A program made the position numbers and the translations under genes. From Nemertoderma westbladi (Eukaryota; Animalia; Xenacoelomorpha), in the NCBI GenBank assembly GCA_032718475.1, contig JAUCBJ010005609.1, positions 1 through 64,000 of the forward strand: DNA of 64,000 nt, in the 5' to 3' direction. The notes beneath the pieces are model-generated. The model was not told where the DNA came from. It saw only the letters and a program-made list of their open reading frames with translations, and did not search any database. Shown piece by piece: positions 23,891 to 33,683 of the stretch (position 1 is its first letter; each line of letters begins with the position of its first letter).

Positions 23891-26800
23891 TCAGTAACAA
23901 CGCTAATGCTGGTTGATAGTGGAGCTGCCTTCACATTAGTCGAGGAATGGGTGGCCGAGGAGATAGGATTGAGAACGAGGCCAAGCAGGATGGCGGTAAC
24001 AACCATCTCTAGCAAAGATGAGATCCTGGAGATGAGAACAGGACGGTGCGCAATTGCAGCAATGGCACCAGGATGCGACTATGGGGCAACCATCGACCCC
24101 ATCCAAGTGATAGAGTCAATTAATATTAATGCCAGGCGACCAACCAACATCGAGGTCGAGCAGTATAAATTCCTGGACGACATTGACTTCTCAATCCCAG
24201 ACGTGGACGTTAGGAAGGTGTCCATCATAGTAGGCATGGACTGCCCAACGGCCCACGAAAGAATGCAAACGGTCTTCGGCGAAGACAAGCAGAGTGACCC
24301 GGTGGCCATATTAACACCATTCGGGTGGACGCTGAGTGGTCCAATTAAGAGCAAGATACCATTTAGGATGTCGGAGACATCAGGATGCATGTTCGCGGGA
24401 ACAATGCAGGAAATGGGTGACGAGGGAGCAGAGGAGCAGCTTAAAAGACTGCTCAGACAGGATTTCGAGGGACTGAAAGAAACCGGAGTCGGGACCTCAG
24501 TAGAAGACAAGCAGGCTTTACAAAGCGTGGAGGAATCAATGACATGCAATGAGGGACGGTATACTATAGGAATGGTATGGAAACTACCGAAGATACCGCT
24601 GCCCGACAATAGGGGGATGGTACTCACGAGACTCCGCAAACTGAAACAAACACTAAAACGGAGCCCCGAGAAGAATGAGTACATCCACAGAACAATTAAG
24701 AAGTACGTCGAGAAAGGATGGGCCGTGGAGTTACCGGTCGACGAGCCGAACACGGATAGAACATATTACCTGCCACTGCACGTGGCTTTAGATCCAAAGA
24801 AAGGTAAACTAAGGATGGTAGTCGACGCATCGGCAAAGACCGACGGAAAGTGCTTAAACGACTACCTGTTAGAAGGCCCAAACATATACAATTCGGGCAT
24901 AGAGGTGTTACTTAGATTTAGAAATGGGAAACACGCCTTCACGTGTGACATAGAAGGCATGTTCAACCAAGTCTGTGTAACGGAGGAAGATAGCGACAGT
25001 CAGCGCTTCTTATGGTATAACGGCGAGGAAGAACCGTCGATAATACCGGCATATAAGATGGTAGTACAGAACATGGGGGCCAAGTCGTCTTCATTTACGA
25101 CGACTATGGCAGTGAGAGACACAGTAAAGGGGAAGGAAGATAGATACAGCAGTAGGGCCGTCGATATGATTCGACGCGGCTTCTACGTAGACGACGGAAT
25201 GGAGTCTGGAAATACGGTTAAGGAGATACTGGATACAGGGCGCGAGGTTCGCGACATCCTAAAAGGATCCGGCTTTAACCTGACCAAATTCCAATCCAGT
25301 TCGGAAGAATTTATCAAAGCCATAGAGGACAGGAAACCAGAATCGACCATGGATAATCCCACAACAGCCAAAGGGCAGGACATGGCGATTAAGAGAACGG
25401 AGTCCCAGCAGAAGGCATTGGGAATCATGTGGGATAGAGAGACAGACGAACTGAAGTATCAGCTGAGCCAGGAGGGCGCAGACATCCACACGAAGAGGGG
25501 TTATGTATCGTATATAGCAAGGATATACGATCCCCTAGGCCTAGCATCCCCATTATTAGTCACGGGGCAACAGATACTCAAGAGAGTATACAAATTGAAA
25601 GATGAGTGGGACGTAGAGGTACCAGAGGAAATCAAGAAACAGTGGAGCAAGTGGACAGGAGACTTGGAGAAGATGGGAACATACAACATGCCACGGGTGT
25701 ATTTCCCGGATGGGAACATGACGAATCTGGACCTACACATGTTCTCCGACGCGTCGTTGGAAGCGTACGGAGCGGCACTCTACTTAGTACAACGAGAGGG
25801 GGCTCATAAGCCAAGACTAGCCTTTAGTAAAGCAAAGTCAACGCCACCAGATTCAGCATCAGTTCCCAAGTTAGAATTAACAGCTGCGAGACTAGGAGTA
25901 AGAGCCACAGCCTACCTAGTGGATACTATTCCCAACATAGTGGAGACACACTACTGGACGGACTCCATGGTAGTGCTTGGTTGGCTACATAACGAAAGGA
26001 CGAGATACCTGATATTCGTCGCGAATAGAGTGGACGAAATAAGGGCGAGCACAGAACTGGAAAGGTGGCACTACTGCCCAACAGACGAGAACCCAGCGGA
26101 CTTGCTGTCGAGGGGGGTGGAACGCCACACTTTCCTGAAGAAAGAATTATTGTGGCAACATGGGCCACAATTTCTGAGCGATAAGGAAGCCTGGCCGCCG
26201 ATGAGGAAGGTGGACCCGGGCTCGGAAGTAATATCAGAAGGAGAAGAGGGAGATTCAGAGGGAGAAGAGATATACTCCCAGATGGTGAGGGAGATTAGGG
26301 ACGTGCAACCAGGATGGGAACTGTGCGATAACCCGACGGATAAACTCCTCAGCTACAGTTCTAGTTGGTATAAGACCAAGAAACTAGTGGCGTACTGGAG
26401 AGCCTTCGGAAATTTCCTTGCGGGAGTTGGCAAGGACAAGAAGATCAGGACAACCATAGATCTGGAAGGAGCGGCCAAGGCAGTGATCCGCTATGAACAA
26501 CGGAAGAACTACGGCGACGAGGTGGAACGCGTCGGTAACCAACAGCACCTCCGACGGGACAGCGAGCTGATTACGCTGTCGCCACAACTCAATGACGACG
26601 GGATTCTAGTAATGAATTCTAGGGTGGGATATAACAACAGCATAGTCGTACCACCGAAACCCATCATCATTCCTACAGGATCGCCAATAGTCCACCAGAT
26701 TATATGGGACTCCCACAAATCGATATTACATGGGGGCACCAACCGAACCCTCACAGAGATAAGGAGGACCTATTGGGTCAAACAACTGAGGAAGAAGGTA

Positions 26801-27823
26801 AAAGCGGTAGTGGGGCAGTGCCAGACCTGCCGACGAGCGAAGAAGGAGCGAGCCGTACAGGAGATGGCGCCACTACCGGCAAGTAGGGTAAGACAGCACG
26901 ACCCGCCATTTACGCATTGCGGTGTGGACATGTTCGGGCCGATCAAGATCAAAGTGATGCGACACACGGAGAAACGCTATGGCATTATCTTCGTATGCAA
27001 CAATACGCGGGCGGTAGGGATAGAACTCGCCCAAGATGCAACCGCATCAGCGTTCATTAACGCCTTAGAAAGGTTTAGGGACCGCAAAGGTGGGACGATC
27101 GCAGTGATATACAGCGACAACAGCACCAACTTTGTGGGCGCAGAGAGTGAGATGGCAGAGGCCTTGGACATCTTGGAGGGAGAAGAAGTCAGGGCAGCCA
27201 TGAGACGACGACAAGTAAAGTGGGAGAGAAGGACGCCGTATGCACCACATACACTAGGATGCGTCGAGAGACTGGTGGGCAGTTCAAAGCGTCTAATGAC
27301 GAAGCTAATGAACACCCACATGGTCACTGAGGACGTCTTACGGACAGTACTTGCGAAGTGCGAGGGGATCATTAATAGCAGACCGCTATATCCGGAGAAT
27401 GATGACCCTGAGTCATTAGACGTGCTGACGCCTAGCCATTTCCTGATGGAAAGGCCAGCGACCATCGATATGCGGGGTGTAGACCCAGATGACATATACT
27501 CCCGCCAAAGTTGGAAAGTCGCAAAGGCAATAAGCGCAGAGTATTGGAGGAGGTGGGTCGAGGAATACCTACCCACGCTCCATAAGCGAAGCAAGTGGAG
27601 GAAGCCAAACAGGGAGTTAAGAGTAGGAGATCTCGTAATCGTTACGGATGATACTATCATCAACAACCAATGGCGGTTGGCGAGAGTTGTAGGCACCTAC
27701 TCCGACGAGGACGGAAGAGTCCGATCGGTAGAAGTGCGGATAGGTGGAAAGATAGGTGCGAAGGACAGGAAAACCTACAGGAGAGCAGTAGGCAAATGCT
27801 GTCTGCTAGAAGGGGCACCTTAA
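23891..27823 (+). CDS. pol: BEL Pol: aspartic protease, RT, RNase H, integrase, DUF5641-like C-terminus
   Basis: LVDSGA (PR); YLPLH..KLRMVVDAS..CLND.LLEGP, CDIEGMF, FYVDD (RT); LHMFSDAS..AYG, PKLEL, WTDS, NPADLLSRG (RH); H-x3-H..CxxC, VDMFGP, SDNSTNF, VERLV (IN); WRRWVEEYL..VGDLVIV..W.LARV. In frame with Gag across TGA 23888-23890. Confidence 0.97.
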   Translation, partial: SVTTLMLVDSGAAFTLVEEWVAEEIGLRTRPSRMAVTTISSKDEILEMRTGRCAIAAMAPGCDYGATIDPIQVIESININARRPTNIEVEQYKFLDDIDFSIPDVDVRKVSIIVGMDCPTAHERMQTVFGEDKQSDPVAILTPFGWTLSGPIKSKIPFRMSETSGCMFAGTMQEMGDEGAEEQLKRLLRQDFEGLKETGVGTSVEDKQALQSVEESMTCNEGRYTIGMVWKLPKIPLPDNRGMVLTRLRKLKQTLKRSPEKNEYIHRTIKKYVEKGWAVELPVDEPNTDRTYYLPLHVALDPKKGKLRMVVDASAKTDGKCLNDYLLEGPNIYNSGIEVLLRFRNGKHAFTCDIEGMFNQVCVTEEDSDSQRFLWYNGEEEPSIIPAYKMVVQNMGAKSSSFTTTMAVRDTVKGKEDRYSSRAVDMIRRGFYVDDGMESGNTVKEILDTGREVRDILKGSGFNLTKFQSSSEEFIKAIEDRKPESTMDNPTTAKGQDMAIKRTESQQKALGIMWDRETDELKYQLSQEGADIHTKRGYVSYIARIYDPLGLASPLLVTGQQILKRVYKLKDEWDVEVPEEIKKQWSKWTGDLEKMGTYNMPRVYFPDGNMTNLDLHMFSDASLEAYGAALYLVQREGAHKPRLAFSKAKSTPPDSASVPKLELTAARLGVRATAYLVDTIPNIVETHYWTDSMVVLGWLHNERTRYLIFVANRVDEIRASTELERWHYCPTDENPADLLSRGVERHTFLKKELLWQHGPQFLSDKEAWPPMRKVDPGSEVISEGEEGDSEGEEIYSQMVREIRDVQPGWELCDNPTDKLLSYSSSWYKTKKLVAYWRAFGNFLAGVGKDKKIRTTIDLEGAAKAVIRYEQRKNYGDEVERVGNQQHLRRDSELITLSPQLNDDGILVMNSRVGYNNSIVVPPKPIIIPTGSPIVHQIIWDSHKSILHGGTNRTLTEIRRTYWVKQLRKKVKAVVGQCQTCRRAKKERAVQEMAPLPASRVRQHDPPFTHCGVDMFGPIKIKVMRHTEKRYGIIFVCNNTRAVGIELAQDATASAFINALERFRDRKGGTIAVIYSDNSTNFVGAESEMAEALDILEGEEVRAAMRRRQVKWERRTPYAPHTLGCVERLVGSSKRLMTKLMNTHMVTEDVLRTVLAKCEGIINSRPLYPENDDPESLDVLTPSHFLMERPATIDMRGVDPDDIYSRQSWKVAKAISAEYWRRWVEEYLPTLHKRSKWRKPNRELRVGDLVIVTDDTIINNQWRLARVVGTYSDEDGRVRSVEVRIGGKIGAKDRKTYRRAVGKCCLLEGAP

Positions 27824-27959
27824 CTTGGAGTTAGAGTTGAGTTTAGTCGTCCAAGTTTTGGACTGAGGGGGGTGGGATTGAGGGCGAGACGCCCTTCCCA
27901 CAAACAAAATAGAAAAAATAAAATAAAATAAATAATAGTACATGCTAGGTACGCAGTTA

Positions 27960-28610
27960 GTAGGCAGAAGTTAGTTAAGAGGTACGTAGTACCTGGTCAG
28001 TTAGTTAGTTAGAAGGTACGTAGTACCTAGTCAGTTAGTTAGTTAGAAGGTACGTAGTACCTAGTTAGTTAGTTAGTTAGAAGGTACGTAGTACCTAGTT
28101 AGTTAGAGAGTTAGAGGGTACGTAGTACCGATAATTAGTCAGAGAGTTAGAGGGTACGTAGTACCGATAGTTAGTTAGAGAGTTAGAGGGTACGTAGTAC
28201 CGATAATTAGTCAGAGAGTTAGAGGGTACGTAGTACCGATAGTTAGTTAGAGAGTTAGAGGGTATGTAGTACCGATAGTTAGTTAGAGAGTTAGAGGGTA
28301 CGTAGTACCGATAGTTAGTTAGAGAGTTAGAGGGTACGTAGTACCGATAGTTAGTTAGAGAGTTAGAGGGTACGTAGTACCGATAGTTAGTTAGAGAGTT
28401 AGAGGGTACGTAGTACTGATAGTTAGTTAGAGAGTTAGAGGGTACGTAGTACCGATAGTTAGTCAGAGAGTTAGAGGGTACGTAGTACCGATAGTTAGTT
28501 AGAGAGTTAGAGGGTACGTAGTACCGATAGTTAGTTGGAGAGTTAGAGGGTATGTAAGTACCGTTAGTTAGAAGAGTTAGAGTTAGAGGGTACGTAGTAC
28601 CGTTTGTTAG
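27960..28610 (+). repeat. Internal tandem array, ~18 units of ~36 bp (AGTTAGTTAGAGAGTTAGAGGGTACGTAGTACCGAT)
   Basis: Direct repetition between pol and ORF3; each unit contains the hairpin GGTAC-GTA-GTACC. Confidence 0.93.
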
Positions 28611-29107
28611 AAGAGAGAGAGTAAGAGGTAAAAGGAGATATAGATATAGATATTAGTTAGCAGTTAGTAGCGTTAGTAGCGAGAGGGGGGCATATGAGTA
28701 CAGCTGGGTAAGTCGTGTGGCCACACGACGCATACTGCTGTACTGCATAGACCCACAGAGTAGGCCAGAATGTGGATTAGAGAATAGAATAATCCATAGG
28801 CAGTAGTAAGTAGTAGGACAGTAGAATCAAATTAAAATAGATAAATAAATAGAATAGGGCTGAAAGTTGTAAAATAGTGGCAACACAAGGGAAGTTATTC
28901 TAGAACATAATAAAAGTAACGGACAGAAATTGTAAATTACGCTCATTTACTAGCTTCAAAATTAATTAGGAATAATTTAGGTTAAAAGGCGCAGTTAAGT
29001 AGGAAATAGGCCATTACCGAACCGTACAGAACATCTTAGATACATCACTCATCTGTATTGCGCCTTGGTAAGGCACCACCTTGCAGGTGAGCGAGTGAAC
29101 GTTCGGA

Positions 29108-31657
29108 ATGGCGAGTAAGTTAATCAGAAAGAGAAAAGCGGAGTCAGGAGGAAAGGAGATACTGGTGGATTTCACCGAGAGGCATCCGGAAGAGAAGACG
29201 AGAGGATACTACGAGAGGTTGGAAAGGGGTCACGCGGCGCGAGCGCTGCAGGATCACTTCAGGGAGATGCACGAACAGCGGCTGGTCGGGACCTACGGGA
29301 TGCCGTCGCTGGACAACGCGATCTTCCAACACTTCCACTACGTGGTGAAAGGGGACGAGGCGAAGTTCGGGATTCCGAAGTACCCGAGGGAATCACCGAG
29401 GAAGGACTGGAAGAGATTCATAGAGTCCGTCAACAGAGGAGGATATATGATCCTGGATGATGAGGGAACCGTGGAAGACGAGGCGGGTTCGAGACGAGGA
29501 ACAGCGGGGTCAGCCAGGACCATACTCCTACATTTGGCCGCGCCAAATGGGGACATCTTCTTATTCGACCTAGGGACGTATGGGAAGAAGGACGGGCCAA
29601 AATTAGACCGGTTACCGAAAGCGGTACAAGTCTTAGTGAGAGAGAAGTCGACGACGAAAGTGGGATCGGCGATTCGCGAGGACGCGGAGAGGATCATCGG
29701 TCCGGACGCCACCAACCTCCTGGATATGCAGAAAGTCTTTATGGCTATGACGGCACCGGATGGGTTGGGGGTAGTCGAAAACACAGGCCAATGCGGGGCG
29801 GTGGCGATGGGCCAATTATTGGGGCTCGTATGCCACAAACCGATGGACTGGGGGAAGTTTAGGGAAGAATACGGAGCAGAACTAGCGAACTCGCTAAAGT
29901 GGGGAGCGAGACCGGGAAAGCAGGAGGTATATCAGTTCCGCAGGGGAGCGATAAAGGTATATCAGAAGCGATATATCCTGCAGGAGGACTGGATGATGAT
30001 AAGTTTGCTTAACTTATTCATGACCGTGATTATCGAGAGGGAACCAGGGGCATTTCTGTTATCGGGATCACCCCTAAGCTACAGGAGAGCCTTTAAAGTG
30101 GCCTTTGACGGTCTGGTAGACCACCCGGGGCTGAAGGGCGAGTCGGTGTACTACAACAGCCGACATCTGGTAGACGGGGAGACAGATACACCGTATCAGA
30201 GATGGGAGCAGCTAGAGACGGATAGACGAGAAGCAAAGCGACTGGAAGAAGTCGCTAGACGGGAGAGGATAGAAGCAGAGGAGAGGGAAGAGGAGGCCAG
30301 GACACAGAGTTACGGCTTCGAGGAACAGGCAGGCCTGGACGAGCTTCATTGGACTTCATCAGGGAGTTCGGGGGAGTCTCTAGGGCGAGAATTGGGATGG
30401 ACGGTGGGATCGCCGAAACAGTCGACGTCGGGGTTGCAAACGATGCCCATACCAGCGGGCGCCGAGGGCGACCAACCGCCAAGGAAGTTAAGGGAGCTAG
30501 AGGGATGGAGAGCTACGGGCGGGAGCCAAGGCGGGAAGGGACGTAGTGGATCCATCGGGATACCGGGATTGGAGACACTACCAGAAGAGGAGGACGACGA
30601 CGGCGAGTTCGGAGAGATGCCGCCCATCGAGAGGATAGGCCACTCGGACACAGACTGGGTTGGCGGAAGGGTGGTGACGGCCAGTGGGGCGAGGGCCTTC
30701 TGGAACAGATCCGGCAAGCGGACCTGGGTGCACGAGGAGCCGGCGATGGATTTCGCGGGGAGCACCATCAGGTTGGGCGAACAACCGGGGACTGCACCAC
30801 GGGTAGTATTCGGGGAGACGATGCCCGAGAGGGGTGGAGAGATCGACGTAGATAGAGAGACCAACGTAGAGAAGTTCGCCTACCAGCGACTCCACAGACC
30901 GCGGAGATCACTTGGGACGAAAGACGAGGTGGGACGGGAGACATTGGTACTCGGCTGCGACTACTGTGGGAGACAGACCCATCGGGAAAGCAGCTGCCTA
31001 TACCGGTTCCAAAAGGGAACCTTTTGTCTCTACTGCAGAGAACCAAGCCACAGGATGGGGGCGTGTCCACGGTTGCATAACCAATGTCCAAAGTGCCACT
31101 TTCGGGGACACTACGGACGCGAGTGCGACTGGATGAACGACGAGGAGAAGTTCACAAGATTCGAGGAGTGGGCCGACGTCGGGGCCATGACGCGCCAGCG
31201 CATGAAGGCCCAGGAGTTCAAGTGGGGTTTCTTCCTTATCAATCAGGAGACTCACATGGAAATCATAAAGCGGAGGCTACCGTTTACCTACCAAGAGGTA
31301 GCAACGGCGGGGTCGTACGCCGGAGTGATGAACACGCAAAGGTATTTGGACAGGTGGACGCCAGAGAACCGAAGGGAGTTTAGGGATTTCTTGGCGGAGC
31401 ACGTACCAAAGGCAATGAAAATGATCCTATGGGACGCCACCAGAGGGAGACAACTGGGCCACTCTGAGGGGCCACCGGCGAAGCGATATCGGGCACTAAT
31501 AACACCAGCGCCCAAGGAGCCAACGACCGGGATCAGCAGGGAGGTGGCGGCGAAGGTCCGAAAGCAGAAAGCGGATGATGCCAGAGGAACGGTGATAACC
31601 AAGAAACGGCCCAGGGAAGAGGACGCCAGGGGGAACTATCCCCAGAGGAACAGATAG
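29108..31657 (+). CDS. Accessory ORF3 of the BEL element: DEDDy (RNase D/WRN-exo/EXD-like) 3'-5' exonuclease, coiled-coil, and three CCHC zinc knuckles
   Basis: Intact 849-aa ORF. ExoI ILDDEG (D117/E119), LLHLA..GDIFLFDL, LP.AVQ.LV.E..T.KVG..IRED (ExoII D192), NLLDMQ, QKRYILQED (ExoIII Y289, E293/D294). Knuckles CDYCGRQTHRESSC, CLYCREPSHRMGAC and CPKCHFRGHYGREC. Confidence 0.85.
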   Translation: MASKLIRKRKAESGGKEILVDFTERHPEEKTRGYYERLERGHAARALQDHFREMHEQRLVGTYGMPSLDNAIFQHFHYVVKGDEAKFGIPKYPRESPRKDWKRFIESVNRGGYMILDDEGTVEDEAGSRRGTAGSARTILLHLAAPNGDIFLFDLGTYGKKDGPKLDRLPKAVQVLVREKSTTKVGSAIREDAERIIGPDATNLLDMQKVFMAMTAPDGLGVVENTGQCGAVAMGQLLGLVCHKPMDWGKFREEYGAELANSLKWGARPGKQEVYQFRRGAIKVYQKRYILQEDWMMISLLNLFMTVIIEREPGAFLLSGSPLSYRRAFKVAFDGLVDHPGLKGESVYYNSRHLVDGETDTPYQRWEQLETDRREAKRLEEVARRERIEAEEREEEARTQSYGFEEQAGLDELHWTSSGSSGESLGRELGWTVGSPKQSTSGLQTMPIPAGAEGDQPPRKLRELEGWRATGGSQGGKGRSGSIGIPGLETLPEEEDDDGEFGEMPPIERIGHSDTDWVGGRVVTASGARAFWNRSGKRTWVHEEPAMDFAGSTIRLGEQPGTAPRVVFGETMPERGGEIDVDRETNVEKFAYQRLHRPRRSLGTKDEVGRETLVLGCDYCGRQTHRESSCLYRFQKGTFCLYCREPSHRMGACPRLHNQCPKCHFRGHYGRECDWMNDEEKFTRFEEWADVGAMTRQRMKAQEFKWGFFLINQETHMEIIKRRLPFTYQEVATAGSYAGVMNTQRYLDRWTPENRREFRDFLAEHVPKAMKMILWDATRGRQLGHSEGPPAKRYRALITPAPKEPTTGISREVAAKVRKQKADDARGTVITKKRPREEDARGNYPQRNR

Positions 31658-32366
31658 GTTCCCAGAGTCGAGGGATAGAGACTGAGACTGGGACGTGGTG
31701 CGCCTGGAAGGCGCTGCGTGGGACGTACGAACTATTAAGTACAAATTTAATTAATGCAAATAATCATATAAGTGCAATTTGTATGTAAGTATGTAGTAAT
31801 TAGTAATCTACGAATATATACGCTGGGAGTAAGTACTATAGTCATACAACCTTTCTCAATTAGCTACTGGGACTGGGGGATAACTGACTATGGCACTATG
31901 GACGAGACACCAGACAATTTCACACTTCTTGAGTGCGACGGCACAAGAGGGGGGGGGGGGGGGAGATTCGTCAGAAGGGATGAGGTAGTCAGAATAGGGT
32001 TGAGGGACAGAGTAGTAGGTGCGAAGTGCGAAGAGAGTGCGGACGCAATTCTAGTGTGGGGGGGGGGAGAATAAGAGACTGAGTAAGGGATGAGGAGGTC
32101 CGAGTGTATGAGAGAGTTAGGATGAGAGTGAAGAAGAGATAGGGCGGAAGTGTTGGGGAAACAAAAGTTGCGTGAGAGGTGAGCGCGATCGGCCCGACAT
32201 GAGACGCCAGGCACACGGGGTAGCGTTATCATACCCATCGGGGGCGGCCTGGAAAGCCGGCTCCGAGAGAAAAGAATTCCACCCCACACCCGATACTAGA
32301 TCGGGATCCAGCGGGATTGTAGCGCACTTTTTGGTTGATGCTATCTTCTTACCGGGAAGATAGCAT

Positions 32367-32375
32367 GGGGGGGAG
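32367..32375 (+). other. Polypurine tract (GGGGGGGAG), preceded by an 11-bp hairpin at 32338-32366
   Basis: Abuts the TG of the 3' LTR; upstream sequence is ATGCTATCTTC-TTACCGG-GAAGATAGCAT. Confidence 0.85.
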
Positions 32376-32912
32376 TGTTAGCTTATTCAATCCCGCTAAC
32401 ACCCCATAAAGTTATAAGCCGATAAGCAATATTGGGAGCCACGAGATTGGGTAATTAACCAACTCGTGCCATCCCAATGAGAATGGGAAGGAGAAGCACA
32501 CAATGAGGGTCAGGGGCCAAACCCCTAACCCAGAGAGAATAGGTGGAGTGAACGGGAACACTCCAAAGGGCGCCAACAAGGGTATCAACCAATCAGAGGG
32601 GGGAAAGGCATCGATTAGGTAGAGCAACAAGGCCAACCGTGCAATATAGCCACTTGGCAGTAATAATACCAATTCAGTTATCTCAGTGCAATACCGGTGC
32701 TAGATTAGGTTACATAGTTTTAGATAGGGAAGGACCGGGACTTTAGTTACCGTATCCCGCCTTCCGTATACGACAATATATCTATATCTATATCTATACC
32801 TGCATATCATATTATATACGACAAACAGCACGAACTCATTTACTCTTTATACACGGCGGGGACGCGTGAACTAAAACCGGATAAACCGGGATCCCTCTTG
32901 GATCCCGTCACA
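32376..32912 (+). repeat. 3' LTR (537 bp)
   Basis: Matches 18693-19229 and is followed by the TSD CTTGG. Confidence 0.98.
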
Positions 32913-33417
32913 CTTGGTACGTAGTCATTTAATAGTTTAATAATTTTACAAATTAAATTTCGCTGGCCTTCGCACACTACATTGGTTAGTTGATAAGAGT
33001 TGGATAAGAACTTTACAAACAAGCATATACAATACAAGGCTAAAATCATGAGGAAATTATTGTTCCACCATTCAAAGGATAAGGAGTCAAGTGGAAACTT
33101 TTTGTTCTGTCCAATAAATTAGTCTGAGTGTAGCCTGGTGTATGTGGAATATTATACACAGCTTCAAACTATGACCATTCTGTTGTAATGATCTGATGAA
33201 TTATAATAGCTGTTGTGATGACAGCTGATAGAGAGCTGTTAGCGAAATGATTATTTTGTTCTGTGAGAAAGAGTAGTCGGAGAGGAGTCGAGGTATCAAT
33301 AGATTAATAATAACAGCTGTTGTCATGAATTCAATTCAATCGCACCAAAGAAGAAATATGATGAATCATTCTTATATTTGTAAATAAAATGTTTAGTTAT
33401 TGAGATGTTGGGATGTT

Positions 33418-33604
33418 AAACCGCGATTTAAACAAATCCCTTTAGAAATCTATTTTATGCATTTTTTATTTAAGGCGCATTCAAAATTTTACCCAAATCG
33501 TTAGAGCCGTTTTTGCTCTGGCTCAGTAGTCAGCAGTCCGTAGTCAGCAGTAATCAGCAGCCTTTTTTCTCACAGTAACCGAGTCTACGACGTGCTAATA
33601 ACTA
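33418..33604. mobile_element. Short dispersed repeat, copy 1 (possibly a non-autonomous Helitron/Helentron-type element)
   Basis: AAACCGCGATTT...GAGCCGTTTT...AGTCAGCAG microsatellite...CAGTAACCGAGTCTACGACGTGCTAATAACT; a diverged copy lies at ~35842-36006. Confidence 0.5.
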
Positions 33605-33683
33605 TACAAATCATTCGGCTTCTCCTCTATCAACAATAACCTACAGTAATAGGATATTCGCTTTATTTGATTCTAGCTGTTGT

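Larger units (their letters stand above)
18693..32912 (+). mobile_element. Full-length BEL/Pao (Belpaoviridae) LTR retrotransposon, 14220 bp
   Basis: TG...CA LTRs of 537 bp, 5-bp TSD CTTGG (18688-18692 and 32913-32917), PPT, and gag-PR-RT-RH-IN order with BEL-specific motifs. Confidence 0.98.

Noticed and set aside
19234-27696. Antisense and alternate-frame ORFs within gag-pol, and the 86-aa ORF in each LTR
   Set aside because: Shadow ORFs expected from GC-rich, purine-skewed coding DNA; no recognisable motifs.
27990-28590. TTAG-rich units as telomeric repeats
   Set aside because: They are TTAGTTAG/TTAGAG within a 36-bp unit, not tandem TTAGG or TTAGGG.
29108-31657. ORF3 as an envelope gene
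   Set aside because: No signal peptide, fusion peptide or TM anchor; the motifs indicate a nuclease plus Zn knuckles.
31772-32363. Short ORFs between ORF3 and the 3' LTR
   Set aside because: Non-ATG starts, poly-G runs and no recognisable domain; treated as 3' UTR.
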